Assembly (NCBI GenBank): GCA_965223155.1 | Contig: CBDCVR010000015.1 | Location: forward strand, 512,001 to 576,000 | Direction: 5' to 3' | Source of the DNA: Candidatus Multivoradales bacterium | Lineage (GTDB): Bacteria > Acidobacteriota > Thermoanaerobaculia > Multivoradales > JAHEKO01 | Length of the DNA: 64,000 bases | Shown here: positions 1-9,431 of the stretch, piece after piece | Layout: each line of letters starts with the position of its first letter | Numbering within the stretch: position 1 is the stretch's first letter | The notes under the pieces: generated by a model | What the model was told of the DNA's origin: nothing | Databases searched by the model: none | What the model saw: the letters and a program-made list of their open reading frames with translations, nothing else | Program-made: the position numbers and the translations under genes

Positions 1-855
1 GCGCTCGGCCGTCCGCACCCGCTCGACCAGCATCTCGGCGGCGCGAGTCGGCGTCTTGGCCCGCGTGTGGGCGACCGCGTCGGCCACGGTGTCGTCGATC
101 TCGTGGCCCAGGCCGGTCACGACCGGCAGCTGACAGAGGGCGATGGCGGTACTCACGCCGCGGCTGTCGAACGCCGCCAGGTCGGCTCGGGCCCCACCGC
201 CCCGAACGACCACCAAGCAGTCGAGGGCGCGCTTCGCCAGGCTCCGGATGGCGCCCACCAATTCGCGCTCGGCGCTCGAGCCCTGGACCGCCGAATGCGC
301 GACCACAACCTCGAAGGCGTAGCCACTCTCGGCCAAGGTCGTCACGAAGTCGTGGTAGGCGGCGCTTCCGTCCGAGGTCACCAGCCCGACGCGTAGCGGC
401 AGATCCGGAAAGGGCAGCTCCGCGTTGCGGCCCAGGAGTCCCTCGCGCTCGAGAGTGGCCAGCGTCTCGCGCCGCCGCTTCGCCATGAGCCCGAGCGTGA
501 ACTCAGAGTCGATGGAGCGCACCACGACCTGCAACCGGCCGAAGGGCGGGTAGAAGTCGGGATGCCCGAGGCAGCGGATCTCCAAGCCTTCGGCCAGCTC
601 CTGCCCGGACGCCGAGAGCGCGGCCTCGATCTCCTCGAGATCCGAACGCCAGACCACCGCCTCCAGCTTGGCCACGACGTCGTCCCGCCGGCCCTTCTCG
701 ACCAGCTCGAAATAGAGGTGACCGTTGCGGCTCCTACGCAGCCGCTGAATCTCGCCCACCAGCCAGGCCGGGCGGATCCCGCCGCGCAGAACCTCCCGCA
801 CACGGGAGGCGAACTCGGAGATGCTGAAGGTGGGCTCGGCGAAGGGTAGCTGCAG
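1..855 (-). CDS. xseA: Exodeoxyribonuclease VII large subunit (3' end runs off the window; probable non-canonical CTG start)
   Basis: Not in the ORF track. Manual translation gives FSISEF..WLVGEI..NGHLYFEL..VGLVTS..AAYHDF..VQG..VVRGGG..DLAAFD..TGLGHEID..KTPTRAAE, all XseA motifs. Confidence 0.9.
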   Translation of the reverse strand, partial: MQLPFAEPTFSISEFASRVREVLRGGIRPAWLVGEIQRLRRSRNGHLYFELVEKGRRDDVVAKLEAVVWRSDLEEIEAALSASGQELAEGLEIRCLGHPDFYPPFGRLQVVVRSIDSEFTLGLMAKRRRETLATLEREGLLGRNAELPFPDLPLRVGLVTSDGSAAYHDFVTTLAESGYAFEVVVAHSAVQGSSAERELVGAIRSLAKRALDCLVVVRGGGARADLAAFDSRGVSTAIALCQLPVVTGLGHEIDDTVADAVAHTRAKTPTRAAEMLVERVRTAER

Positions 856-865
856 CGGCCCCGTC

Positions 866-1414
866 CTAGTGGAAGCTCTTCAGATCCGCCGATGAGTCGA
901 GTGGAATTCCGTCCACCCAGGCGATCGCGTTCTTGTCGTTGAGCGTGTACTTGGCGAGAAAGTCGCCGGCGTCGTCACGATCGTGGAACACGCGCCAAAG
1001 GAAAGTATGCCCCGCGGGCGCGGTGAAGTACGTGTAGAGATCCGTGCTGTCGCTCAGATCGAAGCCGAGGTCGGTCTCGCCGTTGACGCCGACGCACGCG
1101 ATGGCGATCGCCTTGCGCGCCAGAGCCAGCGCTCGGATCGCATCCTCGTAGTCCGCCAGCTCCTCCTTGGATAGGGGCGTGTGGTAGATGGCGATGCGGC
1201 TCGAGTCTTCCTCGGCCAGCACGTTGTAGGCCACGTCGTTGCGATCCATGGCCTCCCGAGTCTCGGCGGTGGTCACGAAGACGTCGTCGGTCCCGTCCAC
1301 CTTGTAGGTAACGGCGAAGACGTTGGTGTCGATCTCGGCAAACGCCTCGGCCAGCATGCTCTCGTCCTCGATAGTGAAGTAGGTCAATCGGTTCATCAAG
1401 CGTCGTGACGGCAT
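866..1414 (-). CDS. Hypothetical acidic cytoplasmic protein
   Basis: ORF 866..1522 trimmed to ATG 1414, which has an AGGAG RBS 7 nt upstream; protein-like composition, no motif recognised. Confidence 0.7.
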   Translation of the reverse strand: MPSRRLMNRLTYFTIEDESMLAEAFAEIDTNVFAVTYKVDGTDDVFVTTAETREAMDRNDVAYNVLAEEDSSRIAIYHTPLSKEELADYEDAIRALALARKAIAIACVGVNGETDLGFDLSDSTDLYTYFTAPAGHTFLWRVFHDRDDAGDFLAKYTLNDKNAIAWVDGIPLDSSADLKSFH

Positions 1415-1587
1415 TCGCGAACTCCTGCGCGGGTCGGATAGAAGATAGTAAGTAGGCTCGAGGCGGCCGGACGGGCAGCACCACGCTGCAACAGCGTCCT
1501 GGGAAGGCTGGCCGAACCACATCGATTCTACCCGGCTTCTTGACTAGAATCTAACCCGCCCGGCTGCTCCCTCGGGCGATTCAGCTC

Positions 1588-4500
1588 ATGCCCCCCGCCA
1601 GATCATTCCGACTGCGCCTACCGTGCGCCGTCTTGCGGGTTTCCTGGCTCGACGGCGACGGAGCCGAGATCGAAGCGGACGCTGCGCCCGAAACGACGCT
1701 CGATCCGCCGGCTGGAGTGTTCCGAACCGAAGCGACTTACGCGGTCTTGCCCTGGGCCGGCGACCCCGCCGTCTACGACACCGCCACCGACTGGGCCCGG
1801 CAGCTCGACTCCGAGGCCCACTCCGGAGATTCGGACGCGCCCAACCTGCGAGCGTTCATCTATCCCGGCGAGGTGTCCACCGACGGCGAGGAATTCGCCC
1901 TCGAAGAAGACGATCTGGGGCGCGAGCTTGCCGCCAACCGGCCGGCTTTTGGTCCGGGCGTGTATCTGAGCAGCCGTAGCGCCAAGACGCTGGAATACAT
2001 GCCCGCCCTCGAGTCCGGCTTCGAGTTCGCGCGGCCCTCGGGCAAGCGCGTACCGTTTTACCGGTTCGACCGGGCTCTCTACGACCGCCCGCACTGGCGC
2101 AATCCCGAAGTCCTTGGGCAGACCACTCAGTACACCGTTCGCAAGTCCCTGCGGCCGGCCTTCGCCGAGCTCCGGGACCAGCGCATCCTGCGGATCTCCG
2201 GGCCCATGGGCTGTGGCAAGACCCGTCTGGTGTGGGAAGAGCTTGGCCTGCACGGCCGCCTGCGGCTGTGGCTCAGAGCTCGCCCGCCGCGGGTCGAGTC
2301 GCCCAGCCTCGGGGAACAGGTCATCCGCCAGGTCCTGATCCCGTCCGAGGTTCTTCAACGCGACCCCCTACATCCGGCGCTCGAGTCCAAGCTGGATCGG
2401 GACCAAATCCGCCAAGCTCTCGAACGCCGCGGGGGCCGGCGTTCCGCGACCGAGCGCCAACTCTTGAACGAGCGAGCCGAGCAGGTCCTGCGCCATCTGG
2501 CGCGCGGCACGCGCGCTCCGATCTCCGTCGTCATCGACGACTACCAGGCAATCGGGCCCGACGACGAAGCACTCGTGCGGCAGCTTACGGCAAGCGCCGC
2601 CGACACCTTCCGGTTCCTGTTTCTCCAGCGCAGCGGAAGAACCTGGCCCGCCGCGCTGGAGGCGACCCCCAGAATCGACATTCCCTACTTCGACGCGGCG
2701 GAAACGCAGGCGCTCTGGGACGTGCTCACCGCCGGCATGGGCCTGCCCGAGGTCGTCCGGGATCGCTTTCTGACCGCCATCGCCGGCAGCCCCTTTGCTC
2801 TCGAGGAGGGCATCTTCTCGCTCGTCCACACCAAGAAGCTGCGCAGCATCTACGGCAGCTACTTCTTCGGCGGCGACGGGACTACGGAGTACGAGCCCTC
2901 GGATCGCCTGATCCGACACGTGGAAGCCGACGTGACCCGCGTCGGCGAGGCGCTGCCGATCCGGCTCCTAGCGCTCACCGACCATCCGGTGCCTGCAAGC
3001 GAGCTGTCTTCGGCGGCTTCGATTCTGGGACGTGAGACCGAGCCTGGCTGGGAAGGAGCCTTCGTCGAAGCCGGTATTCTGGAAAGCCTGGATTCTTCCT
3101 GGGGACAGGCGGTCAGCCTGGCCTCGCCCTACGCTCGCGACGCTCTGTCCCGCAGCCTGTCCCACGAGCAGGCCGACGAGACCCGGCGAACGCTGGGCGA
3201 GCTGCTCTCTCTGGGCGGCGCGGGCGGGGAAAGTTCGTGGCTCGCCTACCAGCTTCTGGCCGGCCTGCCGGAAGCGATCGAGCCGCTGCTGGCGGTCTTC
3301 AAGAGCAAGTTCGTCGAGGAGATCCCACCCGCCGAGCTGCTCGAGGCGCTGCGCCTCGAGCTCCAGCTCCATCGTGAGCGAGGCGGCGGTGGCGACACCG
3401 AGCTCGGCCTCCTGTGGCGGCTGCTGCCACTGGCCCGCCGGATGGGCGTTCTGCACCAGCAAGGAGCCGATCTTGCCCGCGCGGTCGATCTGTCCCGCTC
3501 GGACCCCAAGCGCCTGCTGGGCCTGGCTGGAATGAAGGCCGAACTGGAGCAGGAAGACGGGCGCTTCCAGGACGCCGAGAACACGCTTCAGCGAGCCCTG
3601 ACCACCGCCCGCGCCGAACCCGCGAAACGCAAAGCGCTCCTCTTGCTCCAACTGGGACGCCTGTTCGTTCGCCAGCACCGCTTCGACGAAGCCGGGAGGC
3701 TCTTCTCGAGCCTGATCGAGCCGCTCGAAGCGGCCGGCGCCAGCGCCCTTTCGGCCACCTGCCGCTTCTATCTCGGCAACGTCGCACTCCACCAGTCGGA
3801 TCTGGACGACGCCTACGCCCATCACCTGGCCGCGTACGAGCAGCGCAAGGAGCTCAAACTCATGCGGGCCGCCGGCACCTCGCTCTCGGCGCTGGGCGCG
3901 GTCTCGACCGGGCTGGGCAAGTACCCACAGGCACTCGACTACTACCGGCAAGCACGCCGGATCCTGGAAGAACACGGCAAGCGATGGGACGTCAGCTTCT
4001 CGCTGCTGGGCCTCGCTCGCGCCTACGGCCGGATCGGCGACTTCACCGCCGCCACCAAGCCGGTGCGCGTAGCCCTTGAGATCCGGGAAGGCCGCGACGA
4101 CACCGTGGGCGAGGCGATCGCGCGCATGGCCGTGGCCGGCAACTACCTGGACCTGCTCCAGCTCGATGCGGCGCTCGAAGAGGCCCGCAAGGCCCATTTC
4201 CAGTTGACCATGTCCTCGGCCGAAGAGCACCTTGCCGCCTGCGAGAGGCTCCTGGGCCGCATTCACCTCGCCCGCAGGCAGAGCGGCGAATCTCGGAGGC
4301 GCCTGGAAGAGGCCCTCAAACGGTTCCACTCGATCGATCGACCCGGCGACGCGACCTTCGTCTTGGCCGACCTGATCGAGGCCTGTATCGCCGAGGAAGA
4401 CGCCGACGGTCTGCGAACCTTCACCGCAGACTTGAAGAACCTGCTGACCAAGAAACCGCCCGAGGATCTAGGACAGATCCTGGACCTACGGATCTACTGC

Positions 4501-4686
4501 GGCCTGGAGTGGCTGGCGGCTCGAGGCTCGAAGGTAGGGGATCCCGCCTCGTACCTGAGCCGAGCCTACCGCTCCTTGATGCACAAGGCCGAGCTTCTCG
4601 ACCACGAGCAACGCCAGAAGTTCCTATTCCAGATCCCCGCCAACCGAGAGATCGTCGACTTGGCCACCCAAAAGGGTCTGGCCTGA
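1588..4686 (+). CDS. P-loop ATPase (AAA/STAND-like) with C-terminal TPR repeats
   Basis: Walker A GPMGCGKT, Walker B VVIDD, GSPFALEE (GxP-like motif), many TPR-like helices in the C-terminal half. Confidence 0.75.
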   Translation: MPPARSFRLRLPCAVLRVSWLDGDGAEIEADAAPETTLDPPAGVFRTEATYAVLPWAGDPAVYDTATDWARQLDSEAHSGDSDAPNLRAFIYPGEVSTDGEEFALEEDDLGRELAANRPAFGPGVYLSSRSAKTLEYMPALESGFEFARPSGKRVPFYRFDRALYDRPHWRNPEVLGQTTQYTVRKSLRPAFAELRDQRILRISGPMGCGKTRLVWEELGLHGRLRLWLRARPPRVESPSLGEQVIRQVLIPSEVLQRDPLHPALESKLDRDQIRQALERRGGRRSATERQLLNERAEQVLRHLARGTRAPISVVIDDYQAIGPDDEALVRQLTASAADTFRFLFLQRSGRTWPAALEATPRIDIPYFDAAETQALWDVLTAGMGLPEVVRDRFLTAIAGSPFALEEGIFSLVHTKKLRSIYGSYFFGGDGTTEYEPSDRLIRHVEADVTRVGEALPIRLLALTDHPVPASELSSAASILGRETEPGWEGAFVEAGILESLDSSWGQAVSLASPYARDALSRSLSHEQADETRRTLGELLSLGGAGGESSWLAYQLLAGLPEAIEPLLAVFKSKFVEEIPPAELLEALRLELQLHRERGGGGDTELGLLWRLLPLARRMGVLHQQGADLARAVDLSRSDPKRLLGLAGMKAELEQEDGRFQDAENTLQRALTTARAEPAKRKALLLLQLGRLFVRQHRFDEAGRLFSSLIEPLEAAGASALSATCRFYLGNVALHQSDLDDAYAHHLAAYEQRKELKLMRAAGTSLSALGAVSTGLGKYPQALDYYRQARRILEEHGKRWDVSFSLLGLARAYGRIGDFTAATKPVRVALEIREGRDDTVGEAIARMAVAGNYLDLLQLDAALEEARKAHFQLTMSSAEEHLAACERLLGRIHLARRQSGESRRRLEEALKRFHSIDRPGDATFVLADLIEACIAEEDADGLRTFTADLKNLLTKKPPEDLGQILDLRIYCGLEWLAARGSKVGDPASYLSRAYRSLMHKAELLDHEQRQKFLFQIPANREIVDLATQKGLA

Positions 4687-4720
4687 CGGCTCAGGCGAGC
4701 CCACTGGCAAGAAGGTCCGG

Positions 4721-5446
4721 CTACTCCGAGGACAAGAGGTCGGCGCTCGCTAGATAGAGGTCCAGCCGTGCGCGCTCGTCCGGGGTCAAGGCATCACCAT
4801 CCAGGACGAACTCCTTGCCCACCGCCGGCAGCGGCACTCGCGGATGCGACATCAAGTACTCGAGATCGTCGCAGCCGCCGCCCCCGGCGGTAAACAGCGA
4901 GACTCCCCGGCACAATCCCAGTACCTTCTGGGCGAGCTGACTCTCGACTTCGATCTCGACCGGCTCGTCGGTGTCTTCCACGGTCAGGAGATAGTCTTCG
5001 GCCAGCCGCTCCACTGAGACCCAAGCGCCGACCCTGCGCTCTTGGCGCGGAAAGCGCACCTCGTCTTCGAAGCGCGCCGGCAGCGAGCCCACCAGGACCT
5101 CGGTGACCATGGTTCCCGAGCCGGAGAAGACTACGGTCGCTTCCACCCGGTGCCAGTGGCGCTCCGCTCGCCGCACGGTGAGAAGAGCGTCTTCGAGAGT
5201 GATCGAGTTCTTGGGCGAGGACACACGCAGCGCCAGTGCGCCCGCCTGCATCGGCTCGGCGGCCCCGGTCAGATTCTCATGGGTACCTTCGAACCGATCC
5301 AAGGGGAACTCGACCTTCCCAATGGCGCCGGCCAGATCGGTCTGGGCGAAGCCGGCGAGAGCGGCGAACGACGCCACCAGCACAGCGGCGAGATACCCGA
5401 TCCGCGCGCTCCCGGCGCTGCTTGTGACTCTGTGGTTCCTACTCAT
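4721..5446 (-). CDS. Hypothetical exported protein
   Basis: Signal-like hydrophobic segment (YLAAVLVASFAALAGFA); GAGG RBS before ATG 5446; lies downstream of the VWA gene. Confidence 0.6.
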   Translation of the reverse strand: MSRNHRVTSSAGSARIGYLAAVLVASFAALAGFAQTDLAGAIGKVEFPLDRFEGTHENLTGAAEPMQAGALALRVSSPKNSITLEDALLTVRRAERHWHRVEATVVFSGSGTMVTEVLVGSLPARFEDEVRFPRQERRVGAWVSVERLAEDYLLTVEDTDEPVEIEVESQLAQKVLGLCRGVSLFTAGGGGCDDLEYLMSHPRVPLPAVGKEFVLDGDALTPDERARLDLYLASADLLSSE

Positions 5447-5531
5447 CGGATGGTCCTCTTGCGCCTCCCCCAGGGCCACCGCGGCTCTGGCTCGGACCTG
5501 GTTGGCCTCCAGTTTGGCCCCTAGTTGGGCC

Positions 5532-8129
5532 CTAGTTCGGATAGTAGCCTCGCAGTGTCCGGTTCCTCAACTTGCCGCCTTGCACCTCGAGCTCGACGGT
5601 CCGGAAGGCCTTGGGCCCAGGCGGCGCGTCCGAGCGGTAGGTCAAGAGGTACTGGGAGCGGAGTTCGGCCTCGATTTCTCGATAGACGTCCTGGAGCTCA
5701 TGGGCCCGGCGGATGAAGAACGCTCGCCCCCCGGTCTCGGTCGCGAGCAAGGCCAGCTTCCTGCGCACTCCCAGGCCGAGCGAGCCAATGTCCAAACCCA
5801 CGGTGTACACGACGATACCGCTCCGGCGAGCAAACTCGAGCGCGTCCTCGAAGGCATAGAGGCTCGCCGAGTCGTCACCGTCCGAGATCAGGATCAACGC
5901 CTTCTGGCCGCGCGCCGGCCCGAACGAGTACAGACTCGCAATCACCGCGTCGTGGAGCGCCGTCCAGCCGAGCGAGCGCAGCGACTCCAGTGCGATCCGA
6001 ACGGCTCCCAGGTCGGTGGTGGGAGGTACCAGGAGGAAGGGTTCGCGCGCGAACGCCGTCAGAAACGCCCGATCTCGGGGCCCGAGGACACTTTCGAGAA
6101 AGCCCAGGGCCGCCCGGCGGGCTTCCGGCAGGGACGTCGCCATCGACGAGGACGTGTCCAGAGCGAAGCCGACCGTTAGCGGCAGATCGCCGACGTGTTC
6201 GAGCCGATCGATAGTTTGCGGCCGACCGTCCTCGAAGACCGCGAAGTCCTCCGTCGCCAAACCGGATACCGGGCGGGCGTCCCGGTCGAGAACGGTCACC
6301 AGCATCTCCACGAGATGCACCTCCAATTCGTCGGAGAATTCGGGCTCGTGGAGAAAGCGCACCGCTTCGGTACGGCTACCGTCATCCAGAATCGCGACCA
6401 CGGTGAGGTAGGCGGTGGCATCGTCTTCGGGAACCTCGATCTCACCCTGGAGCTCGGCAGCCAGTTCTCCGCCGGCCCCCTCAGCGTCTTCACCCTCGAA
6501 CACCTCCACCAGCTCGTCGTTCACCCGGAGCTCCAGCCGGGTAAGGGACCGCGTCTCGGGCACCGCCACTTCCGCCCGAACCGAAATACGGCCGGAGACA
6601 GCTCGGTCGCCGTAGGGCTCGACGATGTGGATGGCGAAGGAGCCGGGCGCCTGGTTCAGGACCACCTCGTCCCAGGCGATCAAACGGCCGTCCCCGGCGT
6701 AGCCTTCTGCGCGAACGATCTGAACCCTCGGGAACCGAGCTAGCCGCAAGTCAGCGCGAAATGGAGGCTTGGTGCGCCGCTGCCGATCCTCACCGTCGAC
6801 CGAGAAGGTGACAGTAGTGATCTCATCGCCGCTGACAAGTGCCATCGCCTGCCAGGTGCCCAGAACGACCCGTCCATCCGAAGGGATGAGCAGGAGTCCG
6901 TTGCGCGCCGCCAGCGGCGCACGCTCGATCTCCTCGGCGCTCTCCACCACGTCGAAGCGTGCCGGCTCGTCCGGCTCGTCCGGATCGCCCGCGGTCTCCA
7001 CCGCTGCCGGCACCAGGACCCCCCGGTCGATCCTGGAGCGCCGACCGCTGACCTCGTCTTCCACCGCCAGGCGCCAGAGATAGGCTCGATTCGGCCGCAA
7101 CGCGCGCTCGAGAGCAAGGCCGAGCGGGATCTCGCGCTGGCGCGGCTCGGGGCGGTACCGGATACGGAAGCTCTCGAACCACTTCCCGTCCTGCTCGATC
7201 ACTCCCGACACGACGAGTCGATGCTCGGGCTCGCCGTCATCGCCTTCGACCGTGCCGAGCGCAATCTCTGCCGGTACCGACAGAAGGAGGCGGGTCACGA
7301 TCCGCTGACCCCGGGCCTGTGGGAAGCCGACGGTGGCAAGCGTCGCCTCCAGGCCATCGAACTCGGGCGTCTCGCTCGCAAGCGCCCGAGCCACCCAGTC
7401 GCCGAGCTCGACCGGCGCCTCCAACACTGCTAGTAGCTCTTCGTTCGTGGGCGGCTGCCGGACGCGAGACAGGCCCGCGATTCCGGTCGCCTCATCGACC
7501 CTAGCACCGTCCGGACACGCTTTGAGGTCGAATCTTCTGGCGCCGAACGGCAGCACCCGCGCCAACTCCTCTTGCTGCTCGAGCCAGTTCACCATCTCGT
7601 CGGTGTAGAGCGCTCGCTTCGAGTCGAGCGGCAACCATAATCGGTAGGGCTCTCCCGGTCGGGGCTCGAAGAACACCAACCGCTTCTCCGTAACCTCTTG
7701 CGGATACGCCCAGACCTCGAGGGGCCGGAAGGTCGTCCCGCACTCCACCTCGTACCGTTCCTGGGGTGCGCCGTATCTGAAAAACACGCGGGCGCGCTCG
7801 TCCAGCAGGGTCTCGAACCGAGTAAACACGAGTGCGCGGCGCCTGGCAATCGCCTCGACGAGCTCGTTGCCGGGAGTTTCCGGAACGGGATCCCGAGCCA
7901 GAAAGTCCTCGATCCAGCGCGAGCGCTCCTCCTCGTCGAGCGACAGCAGCCGGTCTCGGGTCGACTTGGCCACCAGGTGCCCGGGGCCATCCATGACGAA
8001 AGCCCGCTCCGGCTCCGGCCAGAGCGCGGGATCGACCGCGGCGACCACCGCCGCCGCGCCGCCGAGCACCAACGCTAGGCCGGCCGCCAGAATCGGAATC
8101 GTTCGCCCACTTCCAAACGGCGTAGTCAT
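5532..8129 (-). CDS. Secreted GWxTD-like / Ig-like / VWA domain protein
   Basis: Signal peptide; DERARVFFRYGAP (degenerate GWxTD); C-terminal VWA with MIDAS DTSSS, TALHDA, ILISDGDD, ETGGR, ELRSQYLLTY; GAGGAG RBS before ATG 8129. Confidence 0.8.
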   Translation of the reverse strand: MTTPFGSGRTIPILAAGLALVLGGAAAVVAAVDPALWPEPERAFVMDGPGHLVAKSTRDRLLSLDEEERSRWIEDFLARDPVPETPGNELVEAIARRRALVFTRFETLLDERARVFFRYGAPQERYEVECGTTFRPLEVWAYPQEVTEKRLVFFEPRPGEPYRLWLPLDSKRALYTDEMVNWLEQQEELARVLPFGARRFDLKACPDGARVDEATGIAGLSRVRQPPTNEELLAVLEAPVELGDWVARALASETPEFDGLEATLATVGFPQARGQRIVTRLLLSVPAEIALGTVEGDDGEPEHRLVVSGVIEQDGKWFESFRIRYRPEPRQREIPLGLALERALRPNRAYLWRLAVEDEVSGRRSRIDRGVLVPAAVETAGDPDEPDEPARFDVVESAEEIERAPLAARNGLLLIPSDGRVVLGTWQAMALVSGDEITTVTFSVDGEDRQRRTKPPFRADLRLARFPRVQIVRAEGYAGDGRLIAWDEVVLNQAPGSFAIHIVEPYGDRAVSGRISVRAEVAVPETRSLTRLELRVNDELVEVFEGEDAEGAGGELAAELQGEIEVPEDDATAYLTVVAILDDGSRTEAVRFLHEPEFSDELEVHLVEMLVTVLDRDARPVSGLATEDFAVFEDGRPQTIDRLEHVGDLPLTVGFALDTSSSMATSLPEARRAALGFLESVLGPRDRAFLTAFAREPFLLVPPTTDLGAVRIALESLRSLGWTALHDAVIASLYSFGPARGQKALILISDGDDSASLYAFEDALEFARRSGIVVYTVGLDIGSLGLGVRRKLALLATETGGRAFFIRRAHELQDVYREIEAELRSQYLLTYRSDAPPGPKAFRTVELEVQGGKLRNRTLRGYYPN

Positions 8130-8230
8130 CGCTTCTCCTCTACGAGGCCCATCGATCCTCGGATCTGCAAGCTGAAGGCCAGAGCGACTATAGTTGGTCG
8201 CCTGGAGCGAGACCCTCTCCAGCGAGGCCG

Positions 8231-9283
8231 ATGGCCGAAAAGCGCAATCAACCCATCGCAACCTGGGAAGCCGGCGATCGCGTCTCTGGCTTCGCTCTTG
8301 TCACCCGCAAGGAGCGGCGCCAGGATCGCAACGGCCGCGACTACCTGGATCTCGAGCTGGTGGACACCAGCGCCTCGGTAAGCGCCAAGATCTGGGCCGA
8401 CAGCGAGGCGATCGACGCCGAGTTCTCGGCCCATAACTTTGTCGCCTTCCGCGGCCTGGTCAAGAGCTTCCGGGACCAGGTCCAGCTCTCGATCGACAAA
8501 TGTCGGCGAGCCAGCGAGTCGGACCGGGAGCTGGGCTTCGACGAAGCGGCGCTCATACCGTCCACGCCCGAAGACGTCGATGACCTCTGGCGGCGTCTGG
8601 AGACACAGTTGAGCTCGATCCGCGGTCCCGAGCTCTCCCGGCTGGCCGCCGAGACGCTTGCCACCTACGGCGCCGAACTCAAGCAGCATCCGGCCGCCAA
8701 GGCCATCCATCACGCCTACCGCGGCGGGCTCCTGGAGCACACGACGTCGATGGCCGAGCTGGCCTCCGGCATCGCCAACCACTACCCGGAGCTTGACCGC
8801 GACCTCCTCCTCGTGGGCGTTCTGTTCCACGATCTTGGCAAGCTCGTCGAGATCGGAGCCATGCCCGCCAACGACTACACCGACGAAGGACAGCTCGTCG
8901 GCCACGTCGTCATCGGACGCGACCTCGTGCGCGAGCGGTGCGCGGCCATCCCGGACTTCCCGGCTGAGCTTCAGCTCCAACTCGAACATCTGGTGCTCTC
9001 TCATCAGGGCCGGCTGGAGTACGGCTCCCCGGTCCAACCGGCGACGGCCGAGGCGATCGCGCTCCACATGATCGACAACCTGGACTCGAAGCTGGCTCAG
9101 CTCCGCCAGGCCGCCCGGGTCGTCTCGGGCTTCCAGTACATCCGCGGCATCGGCCGCCGGATGCTCTTGCCCGAGATCGACGCCGGCGCCTCCGATCCAG
9201 CCGAGCGTGCGCCGGACTCCGCGGAATCGGAGAGCGAGTCCGACGAGGCTCCCGAAGCCCAGGCTCGGCTTGATCTCAGCTAG
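8231..9283 (+). CDS. yhaM: OB-fold + HD-domain 3'-5' exoribonuclease (YhaM/CBF1 family)
   Basis: N-terminal OB fold (YLDLELVD..AKIW); PAAKAIHHAYRGGLLEH, LFHDLGK, GHV, HLVLSHQGRLEYGSP, LHMIDNLDSK. Confidence 0.85.
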   Translation: MAEKRNQPIATWEAGDRVSGFALVTRKERRQDRNGRDYLDLELVDTSASVSAKIWADSEAIDAEFSAHNFVAFRGLVKSFRDQVQLSIDKCRRASESDRELGFDEAALIPSTPEDVDDLWRRLETQLSSIRGPELSRLAAETLATYGAELKQHPAAKAIHHAYRGGLLEHTTSMAELASGIANHYPELDRDLLLVGVLFHDLGKLVEIGAMPANDYTDEGQLVGHVVIGRDLVRERCAAIPDFPAELQLQLEHLVLSHQGRLEYGSPVQPATAEAIALHMIDNLDSKLAQLRQAARVVSGFQYIRGIGRRMLLPEIDAGASDPAERAPDSAESESESDEAPEAQARLDLS

Positions 9284-9348
9284 CCGGCGCTTGCTGCCGA
9301 GGCTCGTCTGGAAGTCCCCGGCTTTGATCCGGCGCGCGTCAACCGATT

Positions 9349-9358
9349 GTGCTAGCGT
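9349..9358 (+). promoter_or_regulatory. Putative extended -10 promoter (TG-C-TAGCGT) for HMG-CoA synthase
   Basis: TGnTAnnnT match about 75 bp upstream of the AGGAGG-ATG start. Confidence 0.35.
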
Positions 9359-9431
9359 CCGCGGCTCGTTCGCAATCAAGGTGTACGACCGGTTCCGCCC
9401 CGGCGGAGCCGGCGTCCGCTAGGAGGACCTC

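Noticed and set aside
5508-5540. Short repeated ccctagtt units at the end of the VWA gene
   Set aside because: Only 2-3 degenerate 11-bp copies, with no spacers or mobile-element context.
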